DNA of 64,000 nucleotides, taken from contig CM041465.1 of assembly GCA_023213395.1 (NCBI GenBank), positions 217,813,741 to 217,877,740 of the forward strand, in the 5' to 3' direction. Below the pieces are notes generated by a model. The model ran no database searches. It was not told the DNA's origin and saw nothing but the letters and a program-made list of their open reading frames with translations. This document shows positions 26,669 through 41,164 of this stretch, in pieces (the stretch's first letter is position 1; every line of letters begins with the position of its first letter). This DNA comes from Cycas panzhihuaensis (Eukaryota; Plantae; Cycadophyta). Both the position numbers and the translations under genes were made by a program.

Positions 26669-29600
26669 TCACACATAGAATTTCTTTAGGAATTTACTAT
26701 TAACAGCTTTCTCAAACTCAAGACCCTCTAAAGTTGCAATCCTATATGTGTCATTGTTAAGACTTTCAAGAATGATGAAAGGACCAACCCATTTAGTCTT
26801 GAATTTAGACAAACGATCGTGGAGATATTCTAGTTTGAGAACATGGTCCCTAGGATATAAAGGGCGAGGGTGAAGATGTTTATCATATTTCTTCAAACCC
26901 TAACTTTAGAAGTGAGATTCACTTGATATGTAATCAAGCATCTTTCATCTAAAGCTTCGAGGTTAAGGAGGCAGGCCAGGCGATAGGATTCCTCGCCAAT
27001 AAGACCTCGAAGGGAGATGCGTAAGGAGGGAATTTCAACTTCTAAGGGAAGGACTGCCTCGGGTTCCATACATGAGGGAGAATGGGGTCATCCCTATGGC
27101 CATGCAAATGGAAGTGTGATATGCCCATAAAGCAAAGGGAAGTTGAAGGTGCCAATCCTTTTAGGATTAAGTGATGGTTTTCTTTAGGATATTCATAAGA
27201 GTCTTATTAAAGGACTTGATTTGGCCATTGGCTTGAGGGTAATAAGGAGAAGAAGTCTTGTGGGATATCCAAAACTTCCCACAAAGCTCGTCTATTTCCT
27301 TATTACAAAAGGGAGTTCTATTATCTGTGATCAAGATATCAAGGACCCCAAATTAATAGATAATGTATTGGTAGATGAAGGTAGCTATAGTCTTACTGGA
27401 AGTGGAAGACCAGGGGACCGCTTTGGCCTATTTAGTAAAGTACTATGGCGTAGTCAATATAAACTTGTATTGTAACGAAGAAGGAGGGGTTATGGCCTCG
27501 ATAAGGTCTAATCCCCACAAAGAGATGATAAGGTGTAAAGCCTTAGAAGGCGAACATATAACATTGGCATGCTCCTGACACCTACAGCATCGCAAGGCAT
27601 AGGCATGGGCATCCTTAAAAATGGATGGCCAATAGTATCCCGTGCAAAAGATCCTTTGGGTCATGGATTAGCCCCTATAAATGCCATTGTGGCATTCGCA
27701 AAGTATCTAGTTTGCCTCATCAGGGTTAACATAGCGAAGGAGGACCCCATCAAAGGATCTTTTATACAACACCTCCTCCATGAGGAAGTACTACCTAGCA
27801 ATGGCCCTAGCATATGAGCTTACCTTGTCACTAGCATCAGGATGATAATATTATTCAGTAAAGTATCATATGATATCCCCATGCCATTCACTATCAGGCA
27901 ATATATGGGGGGGTGAGTCTTGAATAGAAAAAATAGGCTCATCTGGCAAGGAATCATCAATAGGAGTATTTGAAGAGTTAGGGATCGGGGCATCAACTAG
28001 CTGCTTGGTAATCACCATCCCCTTCTTTAATTTCCTATTAATGATTTGGAGACCATACTCTTGAAGGAGGATGGCCCACTTACTAGTCCTACCCGTTAAG
28101 TCAGATTGAGTTAGGAGGTATCTCAAGGGATCAAATTAGATGATCACTTGAGTTATGTTACCAAGCAAGTAATGCCTAAATTTCTTGGTGGCATGTACCA
28201 AGGTAAGGCATTCCTTCTTAGAAGGAGAATAGTTGAGCTCAGCGGTAACTAAGTGTAACTGATAAAGTAAATAGCCCTCTCGGTTCCCAAATCATCCTCT
28301 TGGGTAAGCATAACCCCTAGGGATTCATCGGTAGCTAAGGTGTAAAGGATAAAAGGTTGATTAAAGAGGGGAGATAGCAAGATCGGGTGGAAGCCAAGAC
28401 TCTTTTGAGCTCTTTGAAAGCTTCCTAGGCCTTTAGAGACTAAATGAATGGGGCCCCCTTCTTCAATAAGTTAGTGAAGGGTTTAGTGTTTATGGCAAAA
28501 TTTACCAAGAAACACCTAAGGAAACCTAATCTACCTAAGAACGACTTGATTTTCCATTGAGTCTTAGGAGGAGGCATGTTAAGGATGGCCTTGACTTTAT
28601 CAGGATCATTTTTTATTCCTTATTTTGAAACAAGGAAACCCAAGAGTTTGTTAGCTATTACAGCAAACACACATTTAAGAGGATTCAAGCTAACATGATA
28701 TTTGTGATACCTAGTAAAGATGGCATACAAATCATCAGGATGGTGGGACCTTTTACATGAAAGACCCATCATGTCATCCATGAATACCTCAAGGGTTTTA
28801 TTTATGAGGTCATGGAAAACGAACTGCATCACCCTTTGGTAAGTGGTACCTACAGTTTTTAGTCCAAAGGGCATTGCTTTATAGGTGAAGGTACCCCAAG
28901 GAGTGGTGAAGGCCATTTTATGATGGTCTTCAAGAGAAATTTGGATTTGGTTACACCCAGAGAAGTCATCCATCAAGGATATGACTTCGACTCCAGTGGT
29001 TTAATCGATGAAAGCTAGAGGGAAGTTGTATTTGGGACATGCATTATTGATATCACAGAAATTAACACATATCTAGATCATTCTGTTCTTTTTAGCAATG
29101 GGGGATGATGTTTAAGACCTACTTGGGGTAATTGATGGAGGTGATCAACCCTGCATCTAAGAGTTTCTCAACTTCTATCTTTATAGTAGCATATAGTTTA
29201 GGATGGAGGAGGCATTGCTTTTGCCACATAGGGTGAGTATCCAGAATACTAGTAAGGTTATGGGTGACAATGGAAAGGTCTATTCCCTTCATGTCAGTGT
29301 AATCTCGGGTGAAGACATCACAGAACTTCTGAAAAATATGGGTGTATTCCTTTATTTCTTTAGGGGAACTCTCTGCTCCTACCTTGATGACCTTTTCAGG
29401 AGCAAGGACGATGTCCTTAGTTACCCCTATGCACATGGCATTCCCTTCCTCGAAATGAAGGGTAGATTGGTCAATAGGAAGGGGCGAAGAAGGGTTAGGC
29501 AGACTTGGGTCAGATAAGGATGACCCAAGGGCTAAAATCTTTTTGGTAACTAAGTTTATGGTGACCAAGAGGGAGGTTGGATATAGAGCCCTCTAGATGC

Positions 29601-32250
29601 TCTAACAAGGCCTCGTCGTTCTTGAAACAATCTACTCAATGGATATTTATGCTTGGAGAAGATAAGGAATGAAGAGTAGATGGAGTGGCGGGACTATAGC
29701 GATCAACCCACCACTCAATATAGTTGGGAGACTCTTCAAAAGAGTCAAAGGGAAATCTCCTGTGATAGGCAACAGGAGGTTCCCTCATCTCACCATTTGA
29801 GAAGGATAATGAGGTGGAAGATGAAGTGAGAAAGAAAGTCACACAGGAAATGAGAGTAGTGACATATGACTTTGCAAGAAGGCTAGGCTCCTCAATAGAG
29901 GAGGCTTCAAGTTGGGACCTAAAACGAAACGAATTCCCTCTACTCATGTTTAAGAAGGATATGGGATGAGGGAGGTCTACCGTCGAACTCATCGTTGCTT
30001 GACACAGTGAGGTACCCATAACTACCCACACCAATAGGGATAAAACGAATGAGGTTGGAGGAAGAAGGGGAAGGGACTTCTTCTGAGCAAGATGAACGAG
30101 GAATGTCAATAGAGCAAGCAGAAGCATGGGTGAATGGGCTCTTATTGCCCTTCGCTAGGTCACGAACTACTTGACAAGATTGATGTGATTACTTGATGGG
30201 AGGAGGCTCCCAGGAAACAACCTTCATTCACCCCTCATAGACGAACTTGAGTTGCCCCCAATGAGATAAACACACGACTCACATCTAGTTGATCCATGAA
30301 CGTCCCAACAAAAGATTATAATAAATGTCTACATCGAGGACTATGATGTCGATGAGGATGGTTTTGTCCTTGAGGGTAAGAGAAATGGAAACAGACCCTA
30401 AAGGTGTTTTCTCACTACCATCATAGCCTTGATAATGCCACGGGATAGGCTCAAGAGCCACTATGCCTAACTCTTGCATGATTCATAAGGGCATAGCATT
30501 AACGGAAGAACTGTTATCTACAACAATTCTTCGAAGGGTACACTTAGGAGTGTCTATGGATATAGTGAAAGGGCACTGCCATTGGCTTTCCCTTTCACTG
30601 GTTAAGAGGAGATCTTTAAGGTCGAATGAGATAACAGGTTCATAGCTTGGGGCAACCCCCAAGGCATTAATGGAAGCATCGACCAATCCTAAAGTCTCCA
30701 AGAGGAGAGCATGCTACTCTAGATAGCTCCTCAAGACATCCATCATGGACATCCCTATAACTATGGTATGAAGCTCATTAATGATGGAGAAGGGTTTTCC
30801 CTTCGTAGTGGGTTGGCAAAGCACCCTTCAAAAATCATAACAACTAGAGCAAATGGGGATCATCTTAGGGAGTGGCAGAATCTTCAAAGAAGGATTCTCC
30901 AAAGAAAGGTCAAGCTGAGAGGAAGAAGAGGCCTCTATGGCCTCTTTGGCCAATTAAGACCGAGTTAAAGCATATAAAGATGTGGTCTCAAGCATTTGGA
31001 TAACTCTCTTTCCCTTATTTCAGGATCAAGAGGGAGAAGGGGTTTGATGGCGAGAATCAAAAGAGGAAGAAGAATTCCTTACCCCCTTTCCCTTAGTTTA
31101 CATGGGGCGGGGGTTAAGGGATCTTCTTCTATTTTGATTCCCCCTTTGCTAGGTATACTAATCTCATTCCCTGTGTTTGGGGAAAGGATCTCTATGAACG
31201 GGTTGGTCTAGATTGGGCCCAGATGCCTATTTAGAAGAAGAGTCATGATGTAGGGAAAATTTAGAATGATGTGCCCTATATTGCGAGTCCTCATAGAAAC
31301 ACTCGCCATGAATGGAGCATAATTTCTTCTCCAAGGAAGAGTTTGTCTTCCTTACTTGAGAAGCATGGGTATTTCTATTCTTGGGAGGCACAGCTTGGGA
31401 GGCTTGATGAATGGGTTTATAAGATGTTAGCGATGAAGGAGAAGCTTACAGTTTGAGCTCCTTCATCATACATTCAAAAGAATGTATGGCGAAAGTCAAT
31501 GGGTCCAAAGTCTTCTCCGTCAAATGGGTTGAAGACTTGGAAGGTTATTGAGTTTTGGTGTCACGAGACGAAGGGGGTGCCTCACATTGTTGCAACAGCC
31601 TAAGAGGTTTCTTGAGACCCGCTTAGATGTTAATAGCCTCAAGAGCCAAACATTTGGCTATAGTAGAGTCACATGTTGTTACCCCCATCTTGAGGACCTC
31701 AACATGTACTTTAGGATAAAAAGCATTTACAAAAAGATCCCTCTTTAACTCCTCAGGCAGGGTTACCTTCGTAGAGTGGAGAAGATCATGAAAACACCTA
31801 ACAAAATCACGATTCATTTCCTCATGACTTTGTTTGAGAGATAGAAGGGCCTTCATTCCACTCTCGAAGGGGCAAGCAATGTCAAAGTAGTTGACAAACT
31901 TATCTATGAGTTGTTGGAATAAGTGGATGAAATGTGTAAAAAGGCGATAAAACCACTTGAGGGCATCGCCTTGCAAGGAACATAGGAAGAGTTTCATCAA
32001 GATATAATCATAAGCCCAATAGTCAATGCATGCCATATAAAAGCTTCTGACATGTTTCATTAGGTCTTGAGAAGAGGTCCCATCAAACTTAGGTACCTCA
32101 CGAGGATTAAGCAATAAGTTATCCCTTAGCGTCTTGATTGACAAGGGAGTTAACCTATAGTCCACGAAGTGACAAGCCCTTGGTTGAATCACCAGGTCAA
32201 TGAAGGATGAAGGAGGAGATGGAAAAGGATGCCTAAATCCTCCTTGGAAA
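26669..32250 (-). pseudogene. Tat gag-protease-RT-RNase H-integrase remnant
   Basis: Gag EVPKFDGTS..LF..SLQGDALKWF (31623-32192); protease VVDNSSSVN and YNLLLGRSW; RT FTTPWGTF..MPFGLKT..EVFMDDM; RH TGRTSKWAILLQEY; INT GYYWPSIFKD..C..CQ and KWVGPF..VNSKFLKKFY. Confidence 0.95.
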
Positions 32251-32255
32251 ACTTG

Positions 32256-32553
32256 TTAAAAGAGTGGATCTATCCTTCATCTCTATGCACTAAACACAAA
32301 GGCAAACATGGGAGCAAGAGAGACTTGAGAGAAAGAAAGTAGCTCTCACAAAATGGGGAGGTAAGAATGAGCCTCATCTATTGAGCTTTTACTTTTATAT
32401 TAAGAGAGGGAGCATTAGAGTTAGATGAAATGAAATTATACATAATGCACATAAAAGTATATTTCACTTAAGGGATCTAATTTAAAGTTCACTTAAGACC
32501 CTTTTTAGAAATAATTAACTAATGTAATGACCTTATGACATTAACCCTTTCCA
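32256..32553 (-). repeat. Copia 3' LTR
   Basis: Direct repeat of 39575-39872. Confidence 0.95.
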
Positions 32554-33004
32554 ATCTTCCCCTTAATGGTAGAAGGTCATTTCATCATATTTTATTATAT
32601 CCTATGAGGTCTTCATTTGAGCCTCTTACAAAGAAAAATTACTATAACACTTTTTTAGGAAACCCTCATAGGGAAGAAAACCCATAGATTTTTTAATCTA
32701 CTAACCTGGATCAGGTGGCTCTTTAAATGAAGCCAGATAGCTAATCAATACAATGAATTTTGTAGCTAAAATCTACTAAGTCTCCATATACCATTTGGTC
32801 ATTCCCATACCCTTTTAGGTTTTCACAGGTTATGATTTTCCAAAATGATACAACCCTTATCCTTTCGCACCCACAAGGGGTTTTCACAAATGGGATAGAG
32901 CAGAGACATACTCTTGTCCTTCCACACCCATGAGGGGTTTTCACGAATGAGATGGAGTATGATGGTCCTATTGTCATCTCCTTCAATCAGTTGGAGATGG
33001 AGGC

Positions 33005-36000
33005 CCTAAGGCTGAGTTACTTTTAGAACTATTCAAACTTCACCCTCTTCAGTGGTTTGGTGAAGATATCGACTAGTTGATATGTTGTGGGTAGTACACC
33101 AATTGAATTATGTCATCATGAACTAGTTCTCTAATCTTATGGACTTTCGTACTAATATGTTTGGTATGATCATGAAATATAGGATTTTTAGTGATTTAGA
33201 TTATAGATTGATTATCTACATGTAAGCTAGTAGAACTTATTTGGGTGGGATTTAATGTATTCAACAATCTTCTAAGCCATATCACCTTCTTTCTTATCTC
33301 AGACGTAGTAATATACTCAACTTCGATGGTTGAGTCTGTAATTATCTTTTGCCATCTAGATCTCCATGATATTGGTGTTGTTCCAAGAAATGTTACTTAC
33401 CCAGATGTAGATCTTCCTATGTCTTTATCTCTGGCAAAGTCTGAGTCTGTGTATACATAAAGTTTAAATTCTGCATTAAGTTCATACAACTGACCATATT
33501 TGCCAATCGTCTTTAGGTACCTTAACACTTGTATTGTAGCTTGCTAGTGATTCTGCTTAGGATTTATCATGAATCTTGCAAGAATGCTGATAGAGTATGC
33601 AATATCTGGCCTTGTGTTGGTAGTATAGATGAGACTACCTACAAGTTGCCTATAGAGTATTGTGTCTGCCTCTCTAGTGTCACCATCAGCTAAGAGTTTA
33701 CTATTAGGTTCCATAGGTTTATCCACTGGTCGAGAACCTTCCAACTAAAACTTTATTAGAAGATTGTTGATATATTTTTCTTAGGAGAGAAATATTTTGC
33801 CATTATTTTGAGTTACTTCAATTCCCAAGTAATATTTCATCAACTTGAGGTTAGACAATTCAAAAGTTTTAGCAAGGTCCTTCTTCAACTGGTTGATTAC
33901 CTGCTCATTATTCCCTGCTATTAGCATATCATCCACAAAGATTAAGAGGTATATGACTTTATCATTTAGGTGCTTGATGAATAATGTTGCATTAATATCT
34001 TGATAGTCATAAACCTCATATCCAAGTTGCCTCATTCTTTTAGACAACTTGGTAAACCAAGCATGAGGGGCTTGCTTTAGGCCGTACAAGGACTTTCTAA
34101 GCCTGCAAACTTTATGCTCCTAACTAACAATCTCGTATCCTTTTAGTTGTGCCATATAAATTTCTTCTTTGAGGTCCCTATTGAGAAATGTGGTCTTAAC
34201 ATTGAGTTGGTAGATTTTTCAACCCTGTTGAGCAGCCAAGGCTATAAGAGTTCTGATTGTAGGCCACTTGGTTATAGGAGCAAAGATTTCAGTGTAGTTA
34301 ATGCCTTCCCTTTGTATAAATCATTTTGCCACCAACCTCGCCTTATGTTTTGCTAGGGTGTCATCTGATCTATACTTATTTTTTAACACCCATTTATTTT
34401 GAACTACCTTTCTTCCAAGTGGTAGATCAACAAGCTCCCATGTATCGTTCTTGATAAGAGATTGGTATACTTCGTTCATGGCATTTCTCCAAGATGCATG
34501 CTTTATAACTTCTTGATATGTTAGGGGCTCTTCATTAAGATTAAGATGTAGTTATGTTGATTTAAGCTCAATAGAAAGTGATTCATGCATCCTTGCTCTA
34601 TGGGCGCTTCTAGTGCCAGTTTTGCCTACCTCATCTAGTCGTATATCCTTGTGTAGCTAGTAGGCTTCATGAAAATTTCAAGTTAGGAATGAGATTTTCA
34701 TTTCCATAGCCTCTTGGTCTTTGTTTTGATCCTGAAAAGGATCATGTGAAATGTTTGGTATGGAGGAAGTTGACGATGCTGGAGAAGATGAGCCAGCCAC
34801 AGATGTTGGAGAAGATGATCCTTCTGTTATGGCTTTGTCTTTATTAACTTGGTTGTTTGCAAATGATGGTGTTGGATGTGTACACATTGGCTGGGAGTCA
34901 TAGCTTGTATCCTCTGGGGCTCTATTGTCAGATTCTAAGATTTTGAGCAACTGTTGAACATCTCCCCCTCTAAATTTTGGAATCTAGATATCAAATTCAG
35001 TAACATCATCAAATCAGTATGAAGGCATCTTAGAGTCAAGTCTGAGTAATTGATCTTCAGTCTCCACAAAGATCATATCTCTAGTGATGATGATTTTGTA
35101 CTGTGAAGGTATGAAAACCTTGTACCCCTTTTTGTCCATAAGGTATCTAACAAAGATGCCTTTGATGGCTCTATCTTGGAGCTTGCTTCTATGTTCCTCC
35201 AGAATGTGAGCATAATAAGTAGAGCCAAAATTTTTGAAGTGGGAGATAGAGGGGGTTTATCCATACCACATTTCATATAGAGAGGGGTCGAGCTTAGAGG
35301 GACTAATAATGTTGATGCAATACACAACAGTCTAAATAGCCTCAGCCCAAAGATAGACAGGGATATTCTTATATACTAGCATAGCACAAGCCATGTTCAT
35401 GATGGTCCTGTTCATATACTTGGCAACTCCATTTTGTTAGGGTGTGCCTACGACAGTGGTCTGATGTTTGATTCCATGTTGACGTAGGTATGATTCAAAC
35501 TCATTAGATGTGTACTCACCACCATTATCAGTCCTGAGTATTTTGATCTTGAATCCAGATTCATTTTCCATGCAGGCCTTGAAAGCTTGAAACATAGAAA
35601 AAGCTTCATCTTTCTTTGTAAGAAAAGCAACCTATACTTTCTTGGTAAAATCATCAATAAAAGTAATATAGTACCACTTTTGTTTGAGAGAAGGGATGGG
35701 AACAAGACTGCATATATCTAAGTGTACAAGCTACAAAGGTTGGAGATTTCCATTGACTACGAGGAAAGGGTTGTCTTTGAGATTTGGCAATAATATATGC
35801 TTCATATTTAAAGGGCTTAGAGGAGAGCCTAGGCAAACCAGGAAGAGTGGCTTATAGTTCTCTTAAATGATCAATTTTGATATGGTCCATACGAGCATGC
35901 CATAGGGTTGCTTGGGACAACTTTTGAGGAGTTAGGGTTGTGGTAAAAGTAGAGTCATCATCAACATAGTTAGCTTCAAAGGATGGTAATCCAGTTAGGT

Positions 36001-37550
36001 GAAAAGGTTTTCCATAAAGAATTCTAGTCATAACCACAGCATTTAAAAGAGGGTGAATGACACAGAGAGTTTGATTATTTACAGTTACACTCAGATCGAA
36101 TCCATGAGAGACAAGGGTGGACAGGGAGAGTAGGTTCTGCTTCAGAGCAGAAATATATAAAACATCAACAAGTGTAAAATCTGGAAGGCCTAGGAGTTTC
36201 AGGTAAATAGTTCCAAGTCCTTCGACTGGCTGCTATGATTTGTCAGCCATGTGTATAACACCATGAACTTCAGAGTCAAAATCTTGAAAAAACTGGTGAT
36301 GACAAGTCATGTGTTGTGTTGCTCCAGTATCCATGATCTATGATGAAGTATTTGAGGTGGTACTATTTGCAACTCCAAGTGGTGAAGGCAAAAGTGAATA
36401 ACCATAGCCACAATAAGCCTCAATATACTTAGTGGATCTATTAACAACATTTGATGAAGTGGTTCCAATTATTTGAAGGTGTGCATGAGCAAATTATGTT
36501 CCACCAAAAGTATCTTTAAAAGAAGTATTATCAACATTATGTACACCATGGCGTTGTTGATAACTTGGTAGTTTGTTGGTGGCAGTTCTGTAATTTTTGG
36601 TATTATGTCCTTTTCTATTACACCTTTGACACACAATTGTTTGATTTCTAGTCCCATAAGAAGTATTGGGCTGGTTGGATTATCTCTGATTATTGGATCT
36701 AGGTCTAGGTTGATTATTTTGGCCTTGGCCTTGAGACTATTTTTGTTAGAGTTGAGAAGTCTGTTGACCAAGAGGATGTTGTCTTTATTGTCTACCTCTT
36801 CATCTTCCACGAGAATTACCACCTCTATGAGAGTATTGACGTTGATTTTTGGTATAACAAAGATCTTCTTCCACTTCAAAAGCAACATCAGTTGGATATG
36901 ATATAGTGACAAAGTTGGTATCAAAGGTCTTATCAAATTCAACGAACGTATCAGCAAGAGCCTCAAGGTTCAAAGTCTTCAAAGTGCCACTAGATTGAAG
37001 ACTTCCCAGTAGATTTTTGTAATCTAGTATATGGAGACATGACTAAATCAAAAAAGCCCATGTAATGCATTAAGTTTTAAAATTTTTATCAATGGCTTAC
37101 TTGATTGGATTAAGGAGATTAATTATCTCACTTACATGTCCTTTCTGCATTTTCAATTTGTTCATCTTCATTACTAAGTGAACAAATTCTAAGTTTGATT
37201 TAGTATTAAAGTTCTTCTTAAGAACTTAAAGAACTTTCCATGTTGTATCATATACAACTTCATTAATGAGATTACGTAGGGAATAATCAGTGGCAAGCAA
37301 TATCCCTGCACGGATTTTATCATCAAGTTCCTATTAGCATTTAGCTATAGTTTCAGTGGGAGCAGTTGGAGCACCTCTTCTAGAAGTAGTTGAGGTAGCT
37401 ATAGCTACAATAGATGGTGTAGGTTATAAGTGATCTCTCCACATACCTTCATACTTTACAGCATTTCTAACACCAGTGAATCACATGTCCCAATTTTCTT
37501 TTCCTTTTAGAATGCAGTTCACATTTTGCTTGAATTGTAAAGACATAGTA
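33005..37550 (-). pseudogene. Copia gag-protease-integrase-RT-RNase H remnant
   Basis: Knuckle CQRCNRKGHNTKN; protease MDTGATQHMTC; GAG-pre LWHARMDH; RT LYGLKQAP.AW, LLIFVDDMLI, YRQLVGSLIY..TRPDIAY; RH end QLVDIFTKPL. Confidence 0.95.
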
Positions 37551-39574
37551 TCTTTTGAGAAGGGAAGAAATGAATAAAGAACTATAAAAGTGATGGTAAT
37601 AAATAACCAATCATTGTTTACAAATGAGAGATGCAATGTAGTAGTGTAGTAGAAGGAAGAAGAAGTGAGAATAGTTTCTCAAAGATGAAGGGAGCAACTT
37701 AGAGAAAAGTCACTAACACTTGTGACAAATATTAACCTGGCATAGTAGAAATATGAGAAGCACTATGATGAAAATTGGCCACTAACACTTGTGGAAAATA
37801 TTAACCTAATGCAATAGGAATATGAGAAGTACTATGACTATAATTATACTATGGATTACTTTTTACAAATAAGTAAGTGATCAATATACAAGATTGTAGG
37901 CCAATATAGAAGTTGATATTATTAGGTGTACACAACTTAAAACTCAAATATAGGATGTATAATCAACCTAATAACCTTTAACTTGTGTCCAACATGTAGT
38001 TGAGGTTGATGAAGGGATGCCTAGGCTTTTATTAGAATTAAGTTGGCCTTTACCTGTGATAACTGCAATTTTGCTTGGTGATGAAATCCAAGACATAATG
38101 AAGCCCAGGTACTCCCAATCCTTGCCCAGTTCACCAATGAGCAGCTATATACCTCCTCTAAAGAGTGGTACGTGCATACCCATGGCTATGATGGATATTG
38201 GATTGGATATATTTTAATCTTATATTAAAGTTTCAGTTTTCCTGATCAGTTATCAGGATGATCCCTAATTAAGGCATGATGGTATGGCTAACTAAACCTC
38301 ACTAATATTCCGGTTTAGTCTAGTCCCAACTTGAAACCCACACCTCCTTTATGGCATGGCGTTCTTTCAACCAAGGTATCTCAACCTTGGCGAGTGTGTG
38401 AATAGGTACAAGATGGCAGAAAATAGCATATGTGATGCGTTCCTTTTAGGAAGAGTGAAAAGATTATCAAATTGCATCAAACGTACATTTAACTAAAATA
38501 TAATGCTTGCTTGGAGTGCTTGCTTTGAGTGTCTTTAAAGTGCTTGATTTGAGTGATTTTAGAGTGATGAAATGTAATACTAATAAGTGAGTGAGGACAC
38601 TGGATATTGCTCTGATCTAGATGCTTTTTTCTCACTTTTACAATGGCCTTTTAAGCCTTATAAAAAGAAGGAAGAAAATTTCTTCACTTTTTTTTTTAAA
38701 TACAAAAAAAAAATAGTCTTTACTAAATCAGTAATAACTATCTCCTATGATGATGAAATGGAGTACCAGTTTTTGCGCTACAAACTAGACTCGGAGCTTC
38801 ATCTTTAGGAAGTGGAATCCGGTCCAAATAAGTTCTGGAAAGTTTTTGGGAGCCTCGCAAAGTTAGGAGATTATATTTTTCTAAAATTCTTACTAAAAAT
38901 AACTATTATTCACTAAAACAGCAATAACTTCCTCGTACGACATCAAAATTTGGTGCTAGTTTTTGTGCTAGAAAGTAGACTCAGATCCTCATATTTGATA
39001 ATTAAAATCATGTCAATTGGAGCTTTGTAGAATATTTTACAAACCTATGAATTTTAATAAACAAATTTTATTTCTACAGAAATTTCAGCTTGCTAATATC
39101 TCATTAACACATGATACCATATGAAATTTCCATCATTTTTTTATCACCAGGGTCCCAATATGGGCAAGGTGAGATAATATAGTGATGGATATTTTAAATG
39201 GCTCAAAATTATTTAGAAAAAATGGGTAAAACCTCCCCTTACAATCATTCTTCTAAAAGCTAGAAAATTTTCAGTAGCATTTCCCCTTATTAAATGGATA
39301 AAATGAGGGGAATGAAAAGAAGAATGAGATAGCATGAATGGCCACCAAAGGATTAGAATCCTTAGGCCTTACAACTCTTTGTATTGTGCTTCCAAACTTG
39401 TAAAAGATAAAGGGAAAGCAAACAATACAAAATATACTATGACAATAACTTGAAAATATTTATAAATATACTTTCACAATCTCCTTCACCACATGGATTA
39501 TGGGGGAGAAGGAAGTGATGGCTCCATTGCAAGTGTAAGTGAGGAATATAAAGGAAGCAAGCTCTAATACCACA

Positions 39575-39872
39575 TGGAAAGAGTGGATCTATCCTTCATC
39601 TCCATGCACTAAACACAAAGATAAACATAGAAACAAGAGAGACTTGAGAGAAAGAAAGTAGCTCTCACAAAATGGGGAGGTAAGAATAAGCCTCCTCCAT
39701 TTAGCTTTTACTTTTATATGAAGAGAGGGAGTATTAGAGTTAGGTGAAATAAAATTACATATAATGTTCATGAAAGTGAATTTCACTTAAGTGATCTAAT
39801 TTAAAGTTCACTTAAGACCCTTTTTAGAAATAATTAACTAATGTAATGACCTTATGACATTAACCCTTTTCA
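39575..39872 (-). repeat. Copia 5' LTR
   Basis: TGGAAAG...CTTTTCA, 2 nt from the PBS. Confidence 0.95.
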
Positions 39873-39877
39873 ACTTG

Positions 39878-41000
39878 GCCTAAAAGGGGATATGAACTTC
39901 CTCCCACTTGGTGAGAGAGGACTAATCACGAGTGCGAGGGGATTAGAAAAGAAGCAGACAGGTAGGAAGAACCCATCTCCCATTGAAGGTATGCCCCTTG
40001 TTGAAATGGGACTTAGGGAAAGGTACCTTGAGGAGGGACTTGTTCTCCTTATGAAGGCACCACATAGGAAGAGGTATGAGAAGAAGGAATGGATCGGTGC
40101 AGGACAAGATTTTACCCATATGGCCCACCCATAGGTGGTGCAACACTATACAAGTGAAAGGGGTCCACCCCATAGATGGGAAGAGGATTCCCTTTACTAT
40201 GCCCCCATGGTTGGGAAGTATATCCCAGAGGTACATAAAGAGATAAATCCTTAGGCTGATTTTCAGGGTGCATAGGGATTTGTCCCACATGGCTAGAAGT
40301 AGAGGGATATATAGGCCTCTTAGGTCTAATGGAAGGTGGATGAATCATGGTTGGTTAAGGCATGGTTGCCTGACTAGGGAGAGGCTTAGTCAACCTAAGT
40401 TGGGAAGTGGGCATACCTTAGGTGGCCCTTAAGGAATGTAAGCTACTAGAAGAGGAAAAAGCAATAAGGGATGGCCCCATTGTGGATAATGAAACTGAAT
40501 AGGATGAGTGTAAGGGTGTGGATGTGGACGAGGAGGGTGCCACACTTCGTAAGATGCTTTCTAACCACTTGGGAGGTGGTTGGAGGCTAGCTGCTTGGAA
40601 GCATTAATTAAGCACTTTCACAACATCCACAGGAGGGGTTCCCACCTGCTCGTATGAGGTTAAAGGATCCTCATACGAAGTGGACCCCACAAGGTGATCC
40701 TCATGGTTATTGTCACCAAGATGGTAATAACCCATGGGGGAAGAAGCTTCCATATCATGAGTGGAAAGATGATGGACATGCAAGTGCTCTTGATCACCCA
40801 GATAGAAGATGGGGACTTCACCCTCTTGGGTGGGACCTTGGAAAGAAGATGAAGGTTGCTGGGTCTCAAAAACGTAGGTATGGTATGCCTAATCTAAGGA
40901 GAATCCTTCCATGACTGATTTAGAATCAGACAACAGAAGTGGAGAATAAGGAGAGTCTTCTAAAGAAGGAGGGAGACCTCATAAATGACGAGAGAATCGT
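39878..41000 (-). pseudogene. Proline/serine-rich N-terminal extension of Tat gag (split from the rest by the Copia)
   Basis: Lies between the PBS and the capsid domain; Pro-rich fragments such as 40112-40348. Confidence 0.5.
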
Positions 41001-41145
41001 CGCATACAAGTCCTTCCTAAGATTTGAAAGAAAGAGGAATAATAGAATGATAGATGTTGGGGGTTGCCCAATGAATTGAGAAGGACTAACAAAGGAGAGG
41101 TAGAGCCAATAGAAAGGAGACTAGAATAGACCCTTTACTTATGAG

Positions 41146-41163
41146 TCCCCAGTACAATTGCCA
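41146..41163 (-). promoter_or_regulatory. Primer binding site, tRNA-Arg type
   Basis: TGGCAATTGTACTGGGGA vs the Tat/Ogre-type TGGCGACTCCACTGGGGA (14/18). Confidence 0.8.
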
Positions 41164-41164
41164 G

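Larger units (their letters stand above)
32256..39872 (-). mobile_element. Full-length decayed Copia LTR retrotransposon inserted in Tat gag
   Basis: 298-bp LTRs at 32256-32553 and 39575-39872 (~25 mismatches by eye). Perfect TSD ACTTG; PBS-rc GCTCTAATACCA at 39561-39572; PPT-rc TCTTCCCCTT next to the left LTR. Confidence 0.96.
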
